DNA of 64,000 nt. Origin: Minisyncoccota bacterium (GTDB lineage Bacteria > Patescibacteriota > Minisyncoccia > Phycocordibacterales > UBA2100). The notes beneath the pieces were generated by a model. That model ran no database searches, was not told the DNA's origin, and was given only the letters and a program-made list of their open reading frames with translations. Each line of letters begins with the position of its first letter. Within the stretch, counting starts at the first letter, position 1. Position numbers and translations under genes: made by a program. Location of the stretch: positions 23,954 to 87,953 of the forward strand of contig DASSSZ010000003.1 in assembly GCA_035708165.1 (NCBI GenBank). Direction: 5' to 3'. Shown here one piece after another: positions 1 through 8,634 of this stretch.

Positions 1-96
1 AAACACTGCCGAGCAGCGGGTTGTACTAGTGGGGCGAGGGAATCGAGCGATTGAGTGGCCCCTCGGATGCTTAGCAGTAATCGATTCCACAGCGTT

Positions 97-816
97 ATGA
101 AATTACCACACGCGATCCCGCGGACCCTCTTTTCGGCCGGCATGGCCGTGGTTGCGGGGACAACGCTCGTCGGCGTCGCCAATGCGGCGACCCAGCTCTC
201 GCCTTCGAGCGTCGCACCGTCGGCATTCCATCAGGGGATGCGGGCGGGCAAGGGCGGATTCGGCACCGGGATCTTCGGGACGGTGCAGTCGGTGAACGGC
301 ACGACCATCATCGTCGCAGGGAAGGACGGCACGACGTATACGGTTGATGCCAGCGCGGCGACGGTCACCGCCTTCGATGCTGGCACGAAGCGCATGACCG
401 AGAGCACGCCAGGCTCGATCGCAGCCGGCGATATGGTCGCCGTGATGGGCACCGTCTCCGGTACGAGCGTCACGGCGAGCCGGATCATGGACGGCATGCC
501 GCCCGCCGGCATGGGCATGGCGATGCGCGGCAGCTTCGATCCGGCGATCACCGGCACTGTCTCGGCGATCAGCGGCACGACGATCACGCTGACCGGCAGG
601 AACGGCGGCACGTTCACCGTGAACGCGGCTTCGACGACGATCCGTTCGTTCAGCGCGGGCGGGAACGCTCCAGCCGCCGCCAGCCTCAGCGACATCGCGA
701 TCGGGGATACGATCAGCGTGCGCGGCCCGATCACGGAAGCATCGCTCACCGCTGACCGGCTCACGATCGGCACGCCATCGCGCGGCAACGGCGCGACGCC
801 GCCTGCCGGACGCTGA
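97..816 (+). CDS. Secreted DUF5666-like repeat protein
   Basis: Signal peptide (VANA/ATQ), then two repeats of G-T-V-x2-I/V-x-G-T-T-I...TYTVDAS...GD-x-V-x-V-x-G; ATG at 97. Confidence 0.7.
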   Translation: MKLPHAIPRTLFSAGMAVVAGTTLVGVANAATQLSPSSVAPSAFHQGMRAGKGGFGTGIFGTVQSVNGTTIIVAGKDGTTYTVDASAATVTAFDAGTKRMTESTPGSIAAGDMVAVMGTVSGTSVTASRIMDGMPPAGMGMAMRGSFDPAITGTVSAISGTTITLTGRNGGTFTVNAASTTIRSFSAGGNAPAAASLSDIAIGDTISVRGPITEASLTADRLTIGTPSRGNGATPPAGR

Positions 817-846
817 TGCCGGCGCGAGCCTCTTCGCGCATGAGCG

Positions 847-872
847 GCAAGCCTCGCGAGCGCGAGGCTTGC
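847..872. terminator. Inverted-repeat hairpin after the DUF5666-like gene
   Basis: GCAAGCCTCGCG-AG-CGCGAGGCTTGC. Confidence 0.45.
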
Positions 873-916
873 GCGTATCGCGGAGGCGCTGAGAGCGGTA
901 TGATGCCAGGGCAGGT

Positions 917-1483
917 ATGACTGACGCACGGACGGACGAGGAGATCGCGCAGGCGGTGCAGGCAGGCGAGTCCGAGCTGTTCGGCGTCCTGATCGACCGG
1001 TTCGCGCCGAAGCTGCGGCGGTACGGGCAGCGCTTCCTCTCGATGCAGGAGGATGTCGAGGACGTCGTGCAGGACGCGTTCATCAAGGCATATCAGAACA
1101 TCCGCCGCTATGACCCGAAGCAGCCGTTCTCGCCCTGGATGTACCGCATCGCGCACAATACGTTCGTGAATGCCCTGCGCGCGAAGGCGCGGCGGCCCGT
1201 CCTGGTGTTCGATTTCGATACGCTGGTGTCGTTCAGCATGGCGCAGGAGGAAGCCGACGAGGGCGCGAAGCGCCGCGAGATGCGCGAGCTGATCGAGCGG
1301 GGATTGGGCGCGCTCAGTCCCAAGTACCGCGAAGTGCTCATCCTGTACTATCTCGAGGAGCAGAGCTATCAGGACATCGCGGACATCCTCCAGGTGCCGG
1401 TCGGCACGGTCGGCGTGCGCTTGCGGCGGGCGAAAGAGGCGCTCCTGCGGGCCTATGCGGATTCGGGGATAGATGCGATATAA
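917..1483 (+). CDS. ECF RNA polymerase sigma-70 factor
   Basis: Region 2 (EDVVQDAFIKAY, FSPWMYRIAHN) and region 4 (SYQDIADILQVPVGTVGVRLRRA). Confidence 0.95.
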   Translation: MTDARTDEEIAQAVQAGESELFGVLIDRFAPKLRRYGQRFLSMQEDVEDVVQDAFIKAYQNIRRYDPKQPFSPWMYRIAHNTFVNALRAKARRPVLVFDFDTLVSFSMAQEEADEGAKRREMRELIERGLGALSPKYREVLILYYLEEQSYQDIADILQVPVGTVGVRLRRAKEALLRAYADSGIDAI

Positions 1484-1487
1484 GGAT

Positions 1488-2261
1488 ATGACCATGCAAG
1501 AGAACACGGACAGGCACGAGGATGCTGCGCAGCCGGCGGGCTCGACGCGCGAGCGCGTGCTCGCGAAGATCAGGACCGGGAAGGTGAAGGCGCAATCGCG
1601 CGCGCATATCGCGCTCTCGATCGCGGCCCTCATCATCACGGCGCTCGCGATCCTCGCCGTCTCGGCGCTCCTCATCAACTACATCGCCTTCGGGCTGCGC
1701 GTGACGCAGCGCGATGCCCTGCTCGGCTTCGGGCCGCGCGGGATCAGCGCGTTCCTCCGGCTCTTCCCGTGGCCGCTCGTGATCCTCGACCTCCTCCTCG
1801 TCGGGGTGGGCGAGTGGCTGCTCCGCTCGTTCAAGTTCGGCTACCGGATCCCGGTCCTGTACCTCTCGATCGGCATCCTCATCGTCGTCGCTGCGCTCGG
1901 CGTCTCGCTCGATCGCGCGACCCCGCTCAACGAGACACTCATGATGCAAGCGGACCGCCATGCGCTGCCGCAGCCGGTCGGCGCCGTGATCGAGCGGCTG
2001 CGCGCAGCGGATCGGCCGGCGCAGGGCGTGTGCCGCTGCGTCGCGCTCAGCGTAGGGACGACGACTATCACCGCGTACGATAGCGCCATGGGGACGACGA
2101 GCACCTACACGATCGTGCTCCCGCGTGACTCCCGCGCGACCACGAGCGTCCGCGCGGGCGACGTGCTCTTCGTCGCGGGCGACACTGACGATCAGGTATT
2201 CCGCGCCTACGGCATCCGCGTGATCCCGCGCGCACAGACGATCATCGAACCCCTGCGCTAG
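1488..2261 (+). CDS. Multi-pass membrane protein, candidate anti-sigma/ECF partner
   Basis: Three hydrophobic segments plus a C-terminal beta-rich domain; begins directly after the ECF stop. Confidence 0.6.
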   Translation: MTMQENTDRHEDAAQPAGSTRERVLAKIRTGKVKAQSRAHIALSIAALIITALAILAVSALLINYIAFGLRVTQRDALLGFGPRGISAFLRLFPWPLVILDLLLVGVGEWLLRSFKFGYRIPVLYLSIGILIVVAALGVSLDRATPLNETLMMQADRHALPQPVGAVIERLRAADRPAQGVCRCVALSVGTTTITAYDSAMGTTSTYTIVLPRDSRATTSVRAGDVLFVAGDTDDQVFRAYGIRVIPRAQTIIEPLR

Positions 2262-2323
2262 CGCAGCCCTGCGCAGAGCGGCTATACTGATGCCATAGCA
2301 CTAATTCCCATGCGTACCCGCAT

Positions 2324-2803
2324 ATGATGGATTCGCTCACGCGCTTCAGCAGGTTCTGCTACCGGCCGGATCTCGGTCTCCTCCTTATCAGGCTCGTCAT
2401 CGGCGGCATCTTCATCCACCACGGCTGGATGAAGCTCATGAGCATTCCGGGCACGGAGCACATGATGACCATGCTCGGCATGCCGGGCTTCATGGCGTAT
2501 GCGATCATGACGGTCGAGCTCGTCGGCGGCATCCTGCTCGTCCTCGGCGTCGTCGCGCGCGCGGCAGGCGTGGCGACTGGCATCGCGATGATCGTCGCGC
2601 TCGCGCTCGCCGTGGTGCCGTCGCGCGGGATCGCGGGCGGCGAGCTCGAGCTTACGCTCATGGTGTGCAGCTTCGCGCTCGCGCTGATCGGCGCGGGCAA
2701 GTACCGCCTCCTGCATCTCTTCGAGCATGACGCGCACGCGCAGGCGCGCGCCGTCATCATCGCGGCGGAAGCGACCGACGTCGCAGGCGAGATCGCCGGC
2801 TAG
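2324..2803 (+). CDS. DoxX family membrane protein
   Basis: LLIRLVIGGIFIHHGWMKL...ELVGGILLVLG...GAGKY pattern. Confidence 0.9.
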   Translation: MMDSLTRFSRFCYRPDLGLLLIRLVIGGIFIHHGWMKLMSIPGTEHMMTMLGMPGFMAYAIMTVELVGGILLVLGVVARAAGVATGIAMIVALALAVVPSRGIAGGELELTLMVCSFALALIGAGKYRLLHLFEHDAHAQARAVIIAAEATDVAGEIAG

Positions 2804-2936
2804 CGCACCCTCCCGTGATCGGCGCTCTGAGCGCGGCATGCACTCGCATGCCGCGCTCTTCGCATGCGCGCCGCACAGCTGCATGGCGCGCAGCCGCATC
2901 CTCGCGGCGGGCAGCAGGAGGTGCTATCGTGGAGGC

Positions 2937-3275
2937 ATGTTCAGGACCAAGGCACAGCAGCGCGCGCACTGCGGCACCTGCCCGGTGGCGCGGGTCGCCG
3001 ACCTGGTCGGCGATTCGTGGTCCATCCTGATCCTGCGCGACCTTCTCGAAGGGCCGCGGCGCTTCGGGGATCTCGAGGAGTCGCTCCACGGGATCAGTTC
3101 CCGCACGCTCGCGAAGAAGCTGAAGTCGCTCGAGGAGCACAAGATGATCACGCGCACCGAGCACCGGGAGAAGCCGCCGCGCGTGGAGTACGAGCTCACG
3201 GACGCGGGGCACGCCTTCCATTCGATCATCGACGCGATGCGCGCGTTCGGGAGCCAGTACCTGCCGGCCGCTTAG
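2937..3275 (+). CDS. HxlR-family winged-helix regulator
   Basis: CPVARVADLVGDSWSILILRDL...RRFGDL...PPRVEYELT. Confidence 0.92.
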   Translation: MFRTKAQQRAHCGTCPVARVADLVGDSWSILILRDLLEGPRRFGDLEESLHGISSRTLAKKLKSLEEHKMITRTEHREKPPRVEYELTDAGHAFHSIIDAMRAFGSQYLPAA

Positions 3276-4033
3276 GCCGTGAGCGCGCGGATGAGCGCGA
3301 GCGTCTCGCTCGGGTTCGCCACGGGCTGGCAGCGCGCCTCGGTGCGCGTCGCTGGGAAATCGTTGCCGCCTTCCGCAAGCTCGTCGCCCACGAAGAGCGC
3401 GTCGCGCTCGGGGATCCCGAGGTGCTGCGCGAGCTGCGTGATGCCGTAGGCCTTATCGATGCCGTCGGCGACCACGTCGATCGTGGTCGAGCCGCCGAAG
3501 GACGCGACGTACCCGGCCGGCAGGAGCTTCTGCATCGCGTCCGCCAGCCGGCGGCGCTTCTCCTTGCTCGGATCCCAGAGGCGCTTCTCGTCCGGCGGCG
3601 CGTGCTGGCCGAGCGCGGAGAAGCTGACCTGCGCGCCGCGGAACTCGATGCGCTCGCCGTGTGCGGGCGATGCGAGGTCGATGATGCCGGTCTCCTCGGC
3701 GGCGGCGCGCATCGCGGACTCGATTCGAGCGACATCCGCTTCGGGGATCTCGTGCGCATATACCGCGCGCCATGCGCCGTTTCCGTACTCATAGAGCGCG
3801 CCGCCCGAGGTCGGCAGGAGCGAGAGGTTGGGCAGGCTGGCATCGGCGGGAAGCGTGCCAACGACCTGCGAGAGGAACTGCGAGAGCGCGCCGCCCGAGA
3901 TGATGCCGGCGCGCGTCACCGATAGCAGCTGGGCGAACGCCACGGCCATCTCGGCAGAGAGCGGCTGCTTGCTCTCGGCAAGCGTGCCATCGAGATCGAA
4001 GATGACGAGCGGCGGGAGGTTCGGCGTTTCCAT
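3272..4033 (-). CDS. HAD-IIB hydrolase (phosphomannomutase-like)
   Basis: FDLDGTL, IISGG, GGSTTID, DKAYG, GDELAEGGND motifs; true start lies inside a long shadow ORF. Confidence 0.88.
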   Translation of the reverse strand: METPNLPPLVIFDLDGTLAESKQPLSAEMAVAFAQLLSVTRAGIISGGALSQFLSQVVGTLPADASLPNLSLLPTSGGALYEYGNGAWRAVYAHEIPEADVARIESAMRAAAEETGIIDLASPAHGERIEFRGAQVSFSALGQHAPPDEKRLWDPSKEKRRRLADAMQKLLPAGYVASFGGSTTIDVVADGIDKAYGITQLAQHLGIPERDALFVGDELAEGGNDFPATRTEARCQPVANPSETLALIRALTA

Positions 4034-4108
4034 ACTGGGGAGTGTACCACTTTCGCGCGGGGCGCCGTGGTATGCTGCCACTGCTTTACTACGGAACGCT
4101 TTTTGGCT

Positions 4109-4651
4109 ATGACAGCAGACGAGAAGACGATGACCCTGCATGCGGCGACGATCGCGCCTGTCGCGGCGATGCTTACCAATCTCGCGGAGATCCTCGCGAA
4201 GGCGCAGGCCCACCTCGACGCGCACGGCGGCGCGGAAAGCGCGCTCCTCGGCGAGCGGCTCATCTATGACATGCTCCCGCTCGTGCGGCAGGTGCAGATC
4301 GCGTGCGACACCGCCAAGGAGCTCGCGGCGCGCCTTGCCGGGATCGAGAACCCGGCGTACGAGGACACGGAGGCGACGATGGACGAGCTCGCGGCGCGCA
4401 TCGGGAAGACCGCGGCGTTCCTCGCGGGCGTGACGCCCGAGATGGTGAACGGCCGGGAGGCCGAGGTGATCGAGGTGCCGCATGCGGAGGGCGCGCGTCT
4501 CGCCGCGGCTGACTACGCGATGCGCCATGCGCTGCCGAATTTCTACTTCCACGTCGTGACCGCGTACGCGATCCTGCGCGAGAACGGCATCCCGCTCGGC
4601 AAGCGCGATTATCTCGCTCACTTGCCGCTCATCGAAAATGCGGCATACTAA
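4109..4651 (+). CDS. DUF1993 family protein
   Basis: RLIYDMLPLVRQVQIACD and LPNFYFHVVTAYAILR...GKRDY. Confidence 0.9.
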   Translation: MTADEKTMTLHAATIAPVAAMLTNLAEILAKAQAHLDAHGGAESALLGERLIYDMLPLVRQVQIACDTAKELAARLAGIENPAYEDTEATMDELAARIGKTAAFLAGVTPEMVNGREAEVIEVPHAEGARLAAADYAMRHALPNFYFHVVTAYAILRENGIPLGKRDYLAHLPLIENAAY

Positions 4652-4657
4652 TCCGAC

Positions 4658-5581
4658 ATGGCGGATGATGCGCTCATCATCGAAAGCCTGCGTAAGACGT
4701 ACGCAGGAGGCACCGAGGCGCTGAAGGGCATCTCGCTGACGGTCCCGAGGGGCGATTTCTTCGCGCTCCTCGGCCCGAACGGCGCGGGCAAGTCCACGCT
4801 GATCGGCATCGCGACCGGGCTCGTGACGAAGAGCGGCGGCCGGCTCGTCGTGGACGGCATCGATGCGGACGATGCGCCCGAGCGTGCCAGGCGGCACGTG
4901 GGCGTGGTGCCGCAGGGCCTCAATATCGACTGGTTCGGCAAGGTGCTCGATACGGTCGTGAACCAGGCCGGCTACTACGGCATCTCCCGCGCGCAGGCGC
5001 TGCCGCGCGCGAAGAAGCTCCTCACCGATCTCGGCCTCGGCGATAAGATGCACGTGACCGCGCGCGAGCTCTCCGGCGGCATGCAGCGGCGGCTCATGAT
5101 CGCACGCGCGCTCATCCACGAGCCGACCATCCTCTTCCTCGATGAGCCGACCGCAGGCGTGGACGTCGAGCTGCGACGCGGCATGTGGGAGTACCTGCGC
5201 ACGCTCACCAAGGACGGCGTGACCATCCTCCTCACCACGCACTACCTCGAGGAAGCCGAACAGCTCGCCGGCCACGTGGCGATCATCAACAAGGGGACGA
5301 TCATCGAGCAGGGCCGCATGGCGGAGGTCCTCGCGAAGCTCTCCACGGAAGACCTCATCCTCGAGGTCGAGGCGCCCGCCGTCGGGGGCGCGATCGCCGC
5401 GCTCGCGGGATTCCGCCCGCTCGCCGCAGAAGGCGGCGTGCAGATCACGCTCGACGGCTCGCGCAACGTCACGGATGCCGTGAAGGCGCTCGATGCGAAG
5501 GGCATCGCCGTGCGCACGGCGCGCAGCAAGTCGGGCCGGCTCGAGGAGCTCTTCCTGCGGCTCACGCAGGATACGAAGTAA
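4658..5581 (+). CDS. ABC transporter ATP-binding protein (YadG-like)
   Basis: GPNGAGKST, LSGGMQRR, LDEPT. Confidence 0.95.
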   Translation: MADDALIIESLRKTYAGGTEALKGISLTVPRGDFFALLGPNGAGKSTLIGIATGLVTKSGGRLVVDGIDADDAPERARRHVGVVPQGLNIDWFGKVLDTVVNQAGYYGISRAQALPRAKKLLTDLGLGDKMHVTARELSGGMQRRLMIARALIHEPTILFLDEPTAGVDVELRRGMWEYLRTLTKDGVTILLTTHYLEEAEQLAGHVAIINKGTIIEQGRMAEVLAKLSTEDLILEVEAPAVGGAIAALAGFRPLAAEGGVQITLDGSRNVTDAVKALDAKGIAVRTARSKSGRLEELFLRLTQDTK

Positions 5582-5585
5582 CGCT

Positions 5586-6362
5586 ATGGACGCGAAAGGA
5601 ATACTCATCTCGTGGTACACGGTCGTCCGCAAGGACGTGGTGCGCATGCTGCGCATCTGGCCGCAGACCTTCCTGCCGGCAGCCGTCACCTCGGCGCTCA
5701 ACTTCGTCATCTTCGGCGCATTCATCGGCAGCAGGGTGGGGGAGATAGAGGGCGTGCCGTACATCATGTTCATCGTCCCGGGCATCGTGATGCTCTCGGT
5801 CGTCATGAATGCGTACTCGAACGCGGCGTTCGCGATGTTCTCCTCGAAGTTCTTCAATCGCAACATCGACGAGCTCCTGGTCTCGCCGACGCCGCCATGG
5901 GTGATCGTCGCCGGCTTCGTCACGGGCGGCGTGATCCGCGGCGTCCTCACGGGCATCATCGTGCTTCTGGTCGCGCTCTTCTTCACGCATATCCTCATCC
6001 ACAACCTCTTCGTGATCCTCGCGTTCCTGATCCTCACGAGCATCCTCTTCTCGCTCGCCGGGCTCGCGAACGGCGTGTATGCCAAATCGATCGACGGAAT
6101 CAACATCGTCCCGACGTTCATCCTCACGCCGCTCGTCTATCTTGGCGGCATCTTCTACAGCACGCAGGCGCTTCCTGGTGTCTGGGCGGCCGTGACCAAG
6201 GCCGACCCGATCTTCTACGTCATCAACGGATTCCGCTGGGGCTTCCTCGGCACGGCGGATATCCCGCTCTGGGAATCCTTCCTGGTGCTGGGCGCGCTTG
6301 CAGCCGTCTTCTTCGGCCTCACGTGGTACCTGCTCTCCACGGGCCTCGGGCTCAAGCAGTAG
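5586..6362 (+). CDS. ABC-2 type permease (YadH-like)
   Basis: RIWPQTFLPA, YIMFIVPG, PIFYVINGFRWGFLG; six TM segments; follows the ATPase. Confidence 0.92.
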   Translation: MDAKGILISWYTVVRKDVVRMLRIWPQTFLPAAVTSALNFVIFGAFIGSRVGEIEGVPYIMFIVPGIVMLSVVMNAYSNAAFAMFSSKFFNRNIDELLVSPTPPWVIVAGFVTGGVIRGVLTGIIVLLVALFFTHILIHNLFVILAFLILTSILFSLAGLANGVYAKSIDGINIVPTFILTPLVYLGGIFYSTQALPGVWAAVTKADPIFYVINGFRWGFLGTADIPLWESFLVLGALAAVFFGLTWYLLSTGLGLKQ

Positions 6363-6403
6363 GCGCAGGCATGACAGGGCATGCTATCCTGACCCTATAC
6401 GCT

Positions 6404-7141
6404 ATGAGCTACGGGACGCTCATCCTCATCGGCATCGCGGCGACGGCGGTAACCGCGCTCGGCGGCTGGCTTGCATTGCGGCTGCGCGACCGGCTGCATC
6501 TCATCATCGGCTTCTCCGCCGGTGCCGTCCTCGGCGTCGCGTTCTTCGACCTGCTGCCCGAGGCATTCAGCCTCGCGGGCGGGCGGGATCCGGCTGCGAC
6601 AGGCGCGCTCCTGGGCTGCGGCTTCCTCATCTACCTGCTCGTGGACCGCATGCTCTCGATGCATGCCGGGCACGGGCATGGGGATCCTGATGAGGCGCAT
6701 GCAGGCGCGCATCGCGGCACGCTCGGCGCTGCGGCGCTCTCGATCCACAGCTTCCTCGACGGCCTCGCCATCGGCTTCTCCTTCCAGGTATCCGCCGCCG
6801 TCGGCGCGATCGTCACGATCGCGGTCCTCACGCATGACTTCTCCGACGGGATCAACACCGTGAATCTCTCGCTCATGGGTGGCAGCGAGCGGCGCGCGCG
6901 CTGGTGGCTGCTCGCTGATGCGCTCGCGCCGCTCCTCGGCATCGGCGCGACCTTCCTCGTGCGCGTGCAGGAAACCGCGCTCGGCATCCTGATCGCGCTC
7001 TTCTGCGGCTTCTTCCTGTATATCGGCGCGGCCGAGCTCGTGCCGGAGAGCCACCATCGGCACCCGCACCTCTGGACGACCGCCATGACCGTCTTGGGAA
7101 TGGCCGTCCTCTTCGCGGCCATCCGCCTCGCATCCGCCTAG
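6404..7141 (+). CDS. ZIP family metal transporter
   Basis: AFFDLLPEA, HSFLDG, HDFSDG, His-rich loop, ELVPE. Confidence 0.92.
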   Translation: MSYGTLILIGIAATAVTALGGWLALRLRDRLHLIIGFSAGAVLGVAFFDLLPEAFSLAGGRDPAATGALLGCGFLIYLLVDRMLSMHAGHGHGDPDEAHAGAHRGTLGAAALSIHSFLDGLAIGFSFQVSAAVGAIVTIAVLTHDFSDGINTVNLSLMGGSERRARWWLLADALAPLLGIGATFLVRVQETALGILIALFCGFFLYIGAAELVPESHHRHPHLWTTAMTVLGMAVLFAAIRLASA

Positions 7142-7183
7142 GGGCGATAGCGCGCGGCCATGGCTGCGGTATACTTGCAGCAT

Positions 7184-7651
7184 ATGAAACTATCACGCAC
7201 TGCGATCATCTTGCTCGTCATTATCGGGATCGTGCTCATCGGGGTCGCCATATTCGGCGCCTACCAGGCCTCCAAGGGGTCGATGAACTTGGCCCTCGCG
7301 CAGTGCCTGAAGCAGAAGGGCGTGACCTTCTACGGCGCGTTCTGGTGCCCGCACTGCGCGCAGCAGGAAGCCAATTTCGGCCTTACGCGCGACCAGCTCT
7401 CCTCGATCGGGCTCTACACGGAGTGTTCGACGCCGGACGGACAGGGCCAGACGCAGGTCTGCAAGGATGCCGGCATCGTGAGCTACCCCACGTGGCAGTT
7501 CCCGGACGGCACCCGCGTCGAAGGTGTCCAGGATCTCGCAGCGCTCGCGAGCAAGGCGGGCTGCCCGTTGCCGGCAGGCGCGTCCTCCGGCAGCGCCCCG
7601 GGCGAGGGCGGTGCGTCGAGCGTGCCGGCCTCCACGGCGACCTCGTCCTAG
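7184..7651 (+). CDS. Membrane-anchored thioredoxin-like protein
   Basis: N-terminal TM, YGAFWCPHC, YPTW. Confidence 0.85.
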   Translation: MKLSRTAIILLVIIGIVLIGVAIFGAYQASKGSMNLALAQCLKQKGVTFYGAFWCPHCAQQEANFGLTRDQLSSIGLYTECSTPDGQGQTQVCKDAGIVSYPTWQFPDGTRVEGVQDLAALASKAGCPLPAGASSGSAPGEGGASSVPASTATSS

Positions 7652-7652
7652 C

Positions 7653-8207
7653 ATGAGTCCTGCCGCCGAGACCTTGAGCTTCATCCTCGCGCTCGGCGCG
7701 GTTCTCTTGGAGCTCGGCACGCTCGGCATCATCGCGCTTGCGATCATCGAGCGCGGCGGGGCAGGGAAGACGCGCGCAGGCGATGCCATCGCCGCGCTCG
7801 CGATGCCCGCCGCCTTCGTGCTCGCGCTCGTCTCGAGCGCCGTCACGCTCGTGTACTCGGAGCATTTCGGCATCGTGCCGTGCGGCCTCTGCTGGCTGCA
7901 GCGGGCATTCCTTTACCCGCAGGCGTTCATCGCAGGGGCTGCGCTCGTGCTGAAGGACCGCCGCATGGCACCTTGGTACCTCATCGTGCTCTCCATCCCC
8001 GGCGCGCTCATCGCGCTCTATCAGTACTACCTGCAGATGGGCGGCTCTGAGCTCATCAGCTGCCCGGCATCGGCCGGCGACTGCGCGCGCCGCTATATCT
8101 TCGAGCTCGGCTACGTCACATTCCCGATGCTCGCGCTCTCCGTCTTCGCATTCATCATCGCGCTCGTCGCGTTCGCGCGCCTGCGCCCCGCCTCCCATGC
8201 TGCTTAA
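7653..8207 (+). CDS. Disulfide bond formation protein DsbB/BdbC family
   Basis: PCGLCWLQR, second Cys pair, YVTFPMLAL. Confidence 0.9.
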   Translation: MSPAAETLSFILALGAVLLELGTLGIIALAIIERGGAGKTRAGDAIAALAMPAAFVLALVSSAVTLVYSEHFGIVPCGLCWLQRAFLYPQAFIAGAALVLKDRRMAPWYLIVLSIPGALIALYQYYLQMGGSELISCPASAGDCARRYIFELGYVTFPMLALSVFAFIIALVAFARLRPASHAA

Positions 8208-8535
8208 GCTCCTCCACTGGGCGCTCTCGACGGCGGCCATCCTGCTCACGGCCTACCTCGTACCGGGGGTGCAGACGACCGTGCTCGGCGCCGTGCTGCT
8301 CGCCCTGGTGCTCGGCATCATCAATGTCACCATCAAGCCGGTCATCACCATCATCACGCTCCCGCTGACGATCCTCACGCTGGGACTCTTCTCGATCGTC
8401 GTGAACGTGGCGCTCGTCATCATCGCTGCCGCCATCGTGCCGGGATTCGTGCTCGCGAACCTCTGGGTAGCGATCGTCTTCGCGCTCGTCCTGTGGATCA
8501 TCAATCATCTCTTCCACTTCGGCCTGCCGAAATAG
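8197..8535 (+). CDS. 4-TM phage-holin-like (DUF360/YvlD) membrane protein
   Basis: IKPVITIITLPLTILTLGLF...VVN...VPGF. Confidence 0.88.
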   Translation: MLLKLLHWALSTAAILLTAYLVPGVQTTVLGAVLLALVLGIINVTIKPVITIITLPLTILTLGLFSIVVNVALVIIAAAIVPGFVLANLWVAIVFALVLWIINHLFHFGLPK

Positions 8536-8634
8536 GCGGCCGCGGGCGCCTGCCGATCGCCGTGCGCGCGGGCCGTCCCTCGCGCGGAAGATATGCACTC
8601 GCGCCTCAGGGCTCAATCCCTATAATGGGCCGTA

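Noticed and set aside
8197-8535. Prophage suggested by the holin-like gene
   Set aside because: This family is commonly chromosomal and no phage genes are nearby.
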